DNA of 64,000 bases from Macrostomum hystrix (Eukaryota; Animalia; Platyhelminthes): NCBI GenBank assembly GCA_950097015.1, contig CATNEN010000039.1:6324001-6388000 (forward strand). The letters are read 5' to 3'. Positions 48,447-57,400 of this stretch are shown here, one piece after another; the stretch's first letter is position 1; the number at the start of each line of letters is the position of its first letter. Under the pieces are notes generated by a model, which was given only the letters and a program-made list of their open reading frames with translations, was not told the DNA's origin and did not search any database. The position numbers and the translations under genes are program-made.

Positions 48447-51400
48447 ATGAAGACGAACCTGATGGGTAAGATAAATAGATATTTTCATACGGATACTAAA
48501 GAAAGTTGCGTCACGTGTAATAGCCTGAGGAAGAGTGACAGACCGAGGAAGAGTGACAGGCTGAGGAAGAGTGACAGACCGAGGAAGAGTGACAGACTGA
48601 GGAAGAGTGACAGACTGAGGAAGAGTGACAGACCGAGGAAGAGTGCCAAACTAAGGAAGAGTGACAGGCTGAGGACGAGGGACAGACCGAGGAAGAGTGA
48701 CAGACCGAGGAAGAGTGACCGACTGAGGAAGAGTGACAGGCTGAGGAAGAGTGACAGACCGAGGAAGAGTGCCAAACTAAGGAAGAGTGACAGGCTGAGG
48801 ACGAGGGACAGACCGAGGAAGAGTGACAGACCGAGGAAGAGTGACCGACTGAGGAAGAGTGACAGGCTGAGGAAGAGTGACAGACCGAGGAAGAGTGCCA
48901 AACTAAGGAAGAGTGACAGGCTGAGGACGAGTGACAGACTGAGGAAGAGTGACAGACTGAGGAAGAGTGACAGGCTGAGGAAGAGGGACAGACTGAGGAA
49001 GAGTGACAGACCGAGGAAGAGTGCCAAACTAAGGAAGAGTGACAGGCTGAGGACGAGGGACAGACTGAGGAAGAGTGACAGGCTGAGGAAGAGGGACAGG
49101 CTGAGGAAGAGTGACAGGCTGAGGAAGAGGGACAGGCTGAGGAAGAGGGACAGGCTGAGGAAGAGGGACAGGCTGAGGAAGTGGGACAGGCTGAGGAAGA
49201 GGGACAGGCTGAGGAAGAGTGACAGGCTGAGGAAGAGTGACAGGCACACAGAAAAGTTGAGTCCATCGCCAGCCGCTAACTCTGTTGAACCAGCAGCGCC
49301 CGGCCTGTTCGGCCTGTTGTTCCTGACAAGCCTAGCGGGCGTCAGGCCCACCCATGGCAGCCTGCTGAGCGGCTCCAACTCATTGTGCCAGTGCACGCCA
49401 CGAAGTGCCACCACGAGCAGCTACCTAAACAGTTTGAACAGCTACACGGCTGATATGCTGACCCTGCTGAATGAGATCAGTACTCAGCTGAACTCATTGG
49501 GGCTGAAGTTCTCAGACTTCTCCAGCACAGCGCTAGCGAGTCTGCTGAAAATCAGCGCATCCTCGGCGGAAGCAACCAAGGTGGCCAACGCCTTGCTGGC
49601 GTCCTTGAATTCCAACAGCAGCACTAACAGCAGCAGCGGCAGCAGCAGCAGCGGCAGCACAACAGCTTCGACCAGTGAGCAAGACCCGTTTTCAAATCCT
49701 CAGCTTAATCTACTGCACTCTCTTTTATTTGGAGCTCACTCCACTCCAATATCTTCTACTCTTTTCCTACTCACTCTATTCTGTAGTTTCTATTCTATTT
49801 CCTGCTCACTCTATTCTGTAGTTTCTATTCTATTTCCTACTCACTCTATTCTGTAGTTTCTATTCTATTTCCTACTCACTCTATTCTGTAGTTTCTATTC
49901 TATTTCCTGCTCACTCTATTCTGTAGTTTCTATTCTATTTCCTACTCACTCTATTCTGTAGTTTCTATTCTATTTCCTGCTCACTCTATTCTGTAGTTTC
50001 TATTCTATTTCCTGCTCACTCTATTCTGTAGTTTCTATTCTATTTCCTGCTCACTCTATTCTGTAGTTTCTATTCTATTTCCTACTCACTCTATTCTGTA
50101 GTTTCTATTCTATTTCCTGCTCACTCTATTCTGTAGTTTCTATTCTATTTCCTACTCACTCTATTCTGTAGTTTCTATTCTATTTCCTGCTCACTCTATT
50201 CTGTAGTTTCTATTCTATTTCCTGCTCACTCTATTCTGTAGTTTCTATTCTATTTCCTGCTCACTCTATTCTGTAGTTTCTATTCTATTTCCTACTCACT
50301 CTATTCTGTAGTTTCTATTCTATTTCCTGCTCACTCTATTCTGTAGTTTCTATTCTATTTCCTACTCACTCTATTCTGTAGTTTCTATTCTATTTCCTAC
50401 TCACTCTATTCTGTAGTTTCTATTCTATTTCCTACTCACTCTATTCTGTAGTTTCTATTCTATTTCCTACTCACTCTGTTCTGTAGTTTCTATTCTATTT
50501 CCTGCTCACTCTTTTCTGTAGTTTCTATTCTATTTCCTACTCACTCTATTCTGTAGTTTCTATTCTATTTCCTGCTCACTCTATTCTGTATTTTCGATTC
50601 TATTTCCTACTCACTCTATTCTGTAGTTTCTATTCTATTTCCTACTCACTCTGTTCTGTAGTTTCTATTCTATTTCCTGCTCACTCTATTCTGTAGTTTC
50701 TATTCTATTTCCTGCTCACTCTATTCTGTAGTTTATATTATATTTCCTACTCACTCTATTCTGTAGTTTCTATTCTATTTCCTACTCACTCTAATCTGTA
50801 ATTTCTATTCTATTTCCTGCTCACTCTATTCTGTAGTTTCTATTCTATTACCTACTCACTCTATTCTGTAGTTTCTATTCTATTTCCTACTCACTCTGTT
50901 CTGTAGTTTCTATTCTATTTCCTACTCACTCTATTCTGTAGTTTCTATTCTATTTCCTGCTCACTCTATTCTGTAGTTTATATTATATTTCCTACTCTCT
51001 CTATTCTGTAGTTTCTATTCTATTTCCTACTCACTCTATTCTGTAGTTTCTATTCTATTTCCTACTCACTCTAATCTGTAATTTCTATTCTATTTCCTGC
51101 TCACTCTATTCTGTAGTTTCTATTCTATTTCCTGCTCACTCTATTCTGTAGTTTCTATTCTATTTCCTGCTCACTCTATTCTGTAGTTTCTATTCTATTT
51201 CCTACTCACTCTGTTCTGTAGTTTCTATTCTATTTCCTACTCACTCTATTCTGTAGTTTCTATTCTATTTCCTGCTCACTCTATTCTGTAGTTTCTATTC
51301 TATTTCCTACTCACTCTGTTCTGTAGTTTCTATTCTATTTCCTACTGACTCTATTCTGTAGTTTCTATTCCATTTCCTACTGACTCTATTCTGTAGTTTC

Positions 51401-54400
51401 TATTCTATTTCCTAGTCACTCTATTCTGTAGTTTCTATTCTATTTCCTACTCACTCTATTCTGTAGTTTCTATTCTATTTCCTACTCACTCTTTTGTCTT
51501 TAGACTGCACCACCAGCTCGCAGGCCTTTTTTGGCGACACAATCTACCAGGCGCTGGGCAGCGGCGGCAGCTACAGCTCGGGCAGGTGGACCGTCGCACT
51601 GATCGGTGGCACCCTCACCGTGGACTACGGTGTCAAGAGCTGCACGACCCAGACACAGTACATTCGACAGGTGACTAAGTGATTAATGAGTACAAATAGA
51701 AAATCACATTTGCACTACAGTTGTACGCCGCGGACAGTAGCGTGAGCACCCGCCCATAACTACAGTTATAAAGTCAGGGGGTCGGTGGCAGAGCGATGAA
51801 CGCGTTTGTCTCTCGCACCAAGGTCCCTGAGCTCGATTCCGCGGCGAGGTCACACTTTATTTGGGGCGCAGCCGCGGAGAGAAGGCTTGTGGGCTTGTCG
51901 TGTAGTTTACGCCCTTGAGGGCCAAGTGTCCTACTACTACTACTACTATTATTACTACTACTACTATTACAATATTACTATTATTATTAATATGCAACAA
52001 TGCAAATGTGATTTGCTAAGCAGGCATTCACAGCACACCAACCCCACCTCGGCCTCCTCACCAAGATCTGCGTCGACGGCTACCCCAGCCAGGTGTACAT
52101 CTTCACGCAGGCCACCACCAGCTCGTCTGCCAGTCTGCTGTCCGGCTCCCTGACCACCACTAGCCAGACTGGGCCAATCTGTGTCACCGTCGGAGCCGAA
52201 ATCGTGGCCTTCTCAATCCTGCCGAAGGCGTTGAAGTCCAGCTACTCGCTGATGCCCAACTATCAGTTCAGCCTGACCGTTACCGGCTGCTTCAGGGCCA
52301 TCCCGACTGCCTGCGCTCCCACCGTCGCGCCAACCACAGTCATTCGTGAGCTGCTGCTGCTGCTGCCGGGTGGTTTAAACTAGATTCAAACACTGCAGAC
52401 ACTCTACTTAAGCGAAACTTAAAACCAACATAAACTATACTCAAATCCTTCTCAGATAAAAAAAATGTAGCTCAAATTGTATCCTACTCAAAAATCGACT
52501 CAAAATCGACTCAAATTCTGCTTAAATCTTGCTATAAATCATATTCAAACTCAACTCTACTCAAAATGTAACTCAAATCGTATTCTTCTCAAGCTCTTCT
52601 CAATTCCACTAAAATTCTACTCAAATAGGCTAAAAATCCTATTCTAACTCTACTCAAACTTCAACCAAGGTCCCCTACTCAAATTCAACTCAAACCCTAC
52701 TCAAATCCCCCTGCAGCCTGCACCACTGGCAACGCCCTGGCCGATGTGAGCATCCTGACAGTAGATTTCTTCTACAATGTTCAGGTGAGCAGAATCGATG
52801 GCACCATCATCAATGCGACCCCGAGCGGCACGGCTTCGGCCACGTTCCTTGCCGACCTGACTGCGGACGGCTGCCGAGCTGTGCCCAATGTGACTCAGGT
52901 GAGAGCTGGCCAATGGAAGCGATCAGAAAATGTTGCTTTATAACAAGTTTACTGTTACACTACTCATAGTGGAGTAAATAGAGTTCTAATATATTATAAT
53001 ATTCTAATAGAGCTCTTAGCGATATTTTATCGAATCATGAGGCTTAATAACAATAATAATAATAATAATAATAATAATTGCAGGAGGGCTGCGGGCAATG
53101 GCACATCATTTGGTGACACGCAGCCAGCGAGGAGGCAATTCTGCCCAGTTCGCTGACTCCTGAGCACACACTCACACAGATACTGTACGCAGGCACACGC
53201 TCACACAGGTGTGTACATCTGCTCTGACGTTCTCATCGTCAGGCAGTGTACACTCTCACTGTGCCTTGGAGGTTGGCCCTCAAGGGCGTAAATCGCACGA
53301 CAAGCCCCCAAAGCCTTCTCTCCGCGGCTGCGCCCCAAATAAATGTGGCCTCGCCGCGGAATCGAGCTCAGGGACCTTGGTGCGAGAGGCAAACGCGTCA
53401 ACCGCTCTGCCACCGACCTTTACCGAAGTGGGATTTATCCACATCAAAATGGGATTTCTCTCGATCAAGTGGGGACATATCCTCATCAAAGTGGAATTCA
53501 TCCCAATCAAGTTGGGATTTATCTAGATCAATTTGGTAAAGATCCCCATTAAAATGGGATTCCTTCTGATCAAGTTGGGAATTATCTTTATTAAAATGGT
53601 GTTGCCTTGTTAGCTACGAGCTAGATGGACGAGTGAGTGAGCGAACTCAAATGGTTAAGTTAGTAAAGGGCGGCTGCCGGCCGATAACGCCGCACATCTG
53701 GCTATATTTTGCCCAATTGAGCAAAAGTTGTGCTTGAAAGTGAGAGAAAGGTCTTGATTAGCACTGGTAGCTGCAACACTTAACTAAGCTGATATGGATT
53801 TCCAGAAATTTCTTCGGAGAAGAACATTCCAGAAGATGGAAGACCGCTAGACAGGAGTAAACAACTTTGCTGCGCGAGAAGCCCATAGAATGTTCTAGAA
53901 GGGGAGTGGGGGAGCGCACAAAGGGAGACACAGAGCGGAGTGTGAGCTATTTTTAGAATCAAGTGCGGGCAGAATGTGCTGTGTGGCAACTTTAATGGAG
54001 GTTTGCAAAAACCCGACAAATGGGATTTCTCTCGATCAAGTTGGAAACGATCCGCATAAAAGTGGGATGCCGTCGGGCGCCCGCAGGTATGCGCTGCGGG
54101 CAACTTCAAGCGCATGAAGATTGGCCAGCTGGTGGATTATCAGGGCACAATTCAGCAGTTCGCGGGCTCCGAGAACGTCACAGCCGTCAGGGCATACCAG
54201 CGCTTCTGCTACAATGTCAACAGCCCGGTGGCCATCCTGGCCATCCAGCCGGAGGAGCTGTTCTCGCCAAGCGAGGGCCAGTTCAAATTCTTCCCGGAGG
54301 CTCGCGGCTGCTTCGACCCAGTCAGCAGCGCCTGCATAGCCCGCCCGGCCTGCGTCGGACCGCTTGAGGTCGGCTGGCACTCCGACCAGCTGCCGCAGCA

Positions 54401-57400
54401 GGCCCTGCAGCCCAGCAACATGACCTACGCCTCCGGCCAGTGGATCGCCACAGGATCCGATGCCTCGCTTAATGTGGACTTGACGGCTGGAGGATGCCGC
54501 AAAACAGCTGGAGTGACTCGGGTGAGGCTGTGGGAAATGGGATATGGGAAATGGGAAATGGGAAATGGGATATGAGAAATGGGATATGGGAAATGGGATA
54601 TGGGAAATGGGATATGGGAAATGGGATATGGGAAATGGGATATGGGAAATGGGATATGGGAAATGGGATATGGGAAATGGGATATGGGAAATGGGATATG
54701 GGAAATGGGATATGGGAAATGGGATATGGGAAATGGGATATGGGAAATGGAATATGGGAAATGGGATATGGGATATGGGAAATGGGAAATGCGATATGGG
54801 AAATGGGATATGGGAAATGGGATATGGGAAACGGGATATGGGAAATGGGATATGGGAAATGGGATATGGCAATGCGAACTAAGATACGGAAGTCACTGGA
54901 AGCTCCAACTATCGCCGAATCCTGTAGGTCTGTGTCACGTCAACAAACGCGAGTGTGATCACCCTGAGCGCTATTTTCCCGGTTGGCGACGGCAAATTCT
55001 CCTCCGTCACCAACCTGACCGGAGCAGCCTCGCCGACTCCCGCCAGTCCCTGGTGCCAGAGCTACTCAGTGGCGCCCACAATGGAGACTCTGTTTATCTC
55101 GTTCCTGCCCAGCAACGCTATCGTCTACTTCAAATGGAACATCAGCGGCTGCTTCAGCACCCTGCCTGCCTACTGCCTGACGACAACAGCAGCTCCGGTG
55201 ACAGCCACCACAACCGTGGCGAGAGCGGCGGAGACTTGCACAACGGGATTTCCGACTCTGACGAACTCGGACTCGAATCTGCCAGCGACTGCCATCAGCG
55301 GTGGCAGCTTCGTGGCCGCCAGCAACGCGTGGAGCGTGGCCAAGGGCAGCTCACTGACCATCGACCTAACAGTTGGCAGCTGCCGACAGTCAGCGAGACT
55401 GCTGGCTGTGAGAGCTCAGCCCGACTGCTTGGGATCAGGGAATAGGGAGCAGGATGCATAGAGGGCATTTCTAGAATCCCATTCTAAGATCGGGATCATG
55501 AAGCTCGGGATTAGAAAAATCCCTAAGATTGGGATCAGAAAGCTTGAGATTCTAGGAATCCCATTCTGTAATTGAGATCCCAAAACTTAGGATTCCAAGA
55601 ATCCTTTTCTGTGATTGAGATCCCAAAACTCGGGATTCCCAGAATCCCATTCTGTAATTGAGATCCCGAAACTTAGGATTCCAAGAATCCCATTCTGTAA
55701 TTGAGATCCCGAAACTTAGGATTCCAAGAATCCCATTCTGTAATTGAGATCCCAAAACTCGGGATTCCCAGAATCCCATCTTGTGATTAGGATAACGAAG
55801 TTTCGCATAGTAGTTAATCCAAGAATCCTGAGATTGGGATCAGGAAGCTTTGCTTGAAGGGGATTCCAGAATCCTGAGATTGGGATCAGGAAGCTTTGCT
55901 TGAAGGGGATTCCAGAATCCTGAGATTGGTATCAGGAAGCTTGCTTGAAGGGGATTCCAGAATCCTGAGATTGGGATGAGGAAATCTCGCATGCTGTCTA
56001 TGCCAACATTCACCCAAACAGATCTGCATTCTGGGCAATGCGGCAACAGTTCGAGTTGACTACATCCTTGAGGACAACAGTCGGCTGATTCTGGCCGACT
56101 CGGCGACAAAATCCGAGCCCGCGACCGGATCCCCCCTCTGCTTCACCTTCGCCTCCACCGTCTACGCCAAGTCGCTGGTGCTGATGCCGACTGCGCTAAA
56201 GACAGCGTCAGCCAGCGACTCGGCCTACTCGCTGATGGTGAACCTCAGCGCCTGCTTCTCCAGCATATCTGCCAGCTGCTACAACCCTGTCTGCGGCTGC
56301 AGCTCCAACTACCGGCCGGTGTTCTACAGCAAACGCTACTACAGAATCTCATTCAAGGTTGTGTCAGGCTTTTACAGCAACTACAAAGCTACATACGCCT
56401 CACCCATCACTTCCGACTATTTGGACCTGCTCAACATGACAGACACTATGGTGAGAGCGACTTGGTTGAGCTGCTCAAGGAGTTGGGATGCCGAGGGATG
56501 TGGAAGCTGCCGAATGATGTGGAAGCTGAAGAATGTAGAAGCTGCATGCTGAGGGATGTGGAAGCTGCTGAGGGATGTAGAAGCTGCTGAAGAATGTGGA
56601 AGCTGCTGAATGATGTGGAAGCTGCTGAGGGATGTGGAAGCTGCTAAGGGATGTGGAAGCTGCTGAATGATGTGGAAGCTGCTGAGGGATGTGGAAGCTG
56701 CTAAGGGATGTGGAAGCTGCTGAATGATGTGGAAGCTGCTGAAGGATGTGGAAGCTGCTGAAGGATGTGGAAGCTGCTGAATGATGTGGAAGCTGCTGAA
56801 GGATGTGGAAGCTGCTGAAGGATGTGGAAGCTGCTGAATGATGTGGAAGCTGCTGAAGGATGTAAAAGCTGCTGAGGGATATGGAAGCTGCTGAAGGATG
56901 TGGAAGCTGCTGAATGATGTGGCAGCTGCTGAAGAAGCTGCTGCAGGATGTGGAAGCTGCTGCAGGATGTGGAAGCTGCTGAACGATGTGGAAGCTGCTG
57001 AGGGATGTAGAAGCTGCTGAAGAATGTGGAAGCTGCTGAATGATGTGGAAGCTGCTGAGGGATGTGGAAGCTGCTAAGGGATGTGGAAGCTGCTGAATGA
57101 TGTGGAAGCTGCTGAGGGATGTGGAAGCTGCTAAGGGATGTGGAAGCTGCTGAATGATGTGGAAGCTGCTGAAGGATGTGGAAGCTGCTGAAGGATGTGG
57201 AAGCTGCTGAATGATGTGGAAGCTGCTGAAGGATGTGGAAGCTGCTGAAGGATGTGGAAGCTGCTGAATGATGTGGAAGCTGCTGAAGGATGTAAAAGCT
57301 GCTGAGGGATATGGAAGCTGCTGAAGGATGTGGAAGCTGCTGAATGATGTGGCAGCTGCTGAAGAAGCTGCTGCAGGATGTGGAAGCTGCTGCAGGATGT

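Noticed and set aside
49765-51490. 35-bp periodic repeat as a CRISPR array
   Set aside because: Units are contiguous with no unique spacers, there are no cas genes, and the context is a eukaryotic intron.
53120-53140. HDV-like ribozyme in SINE-B (minus strand GCCTCCTCGCTGGC matches my recollection of the HDV P3/L3 sequence)
   Set aside because: No GG for P1.1 after the putative P1 strand, no convincing J4/2 plus P2 partner, and the same bases pair better with a downstream hairpin arm.
53220-53246. Hammerhead-like CTGACGA..GAA motif in SINE-B
   Set aside because: Only 3 nt between the core motifs and no stem II/III; better explained as a simple CTGAC/GTCAG hairpin.
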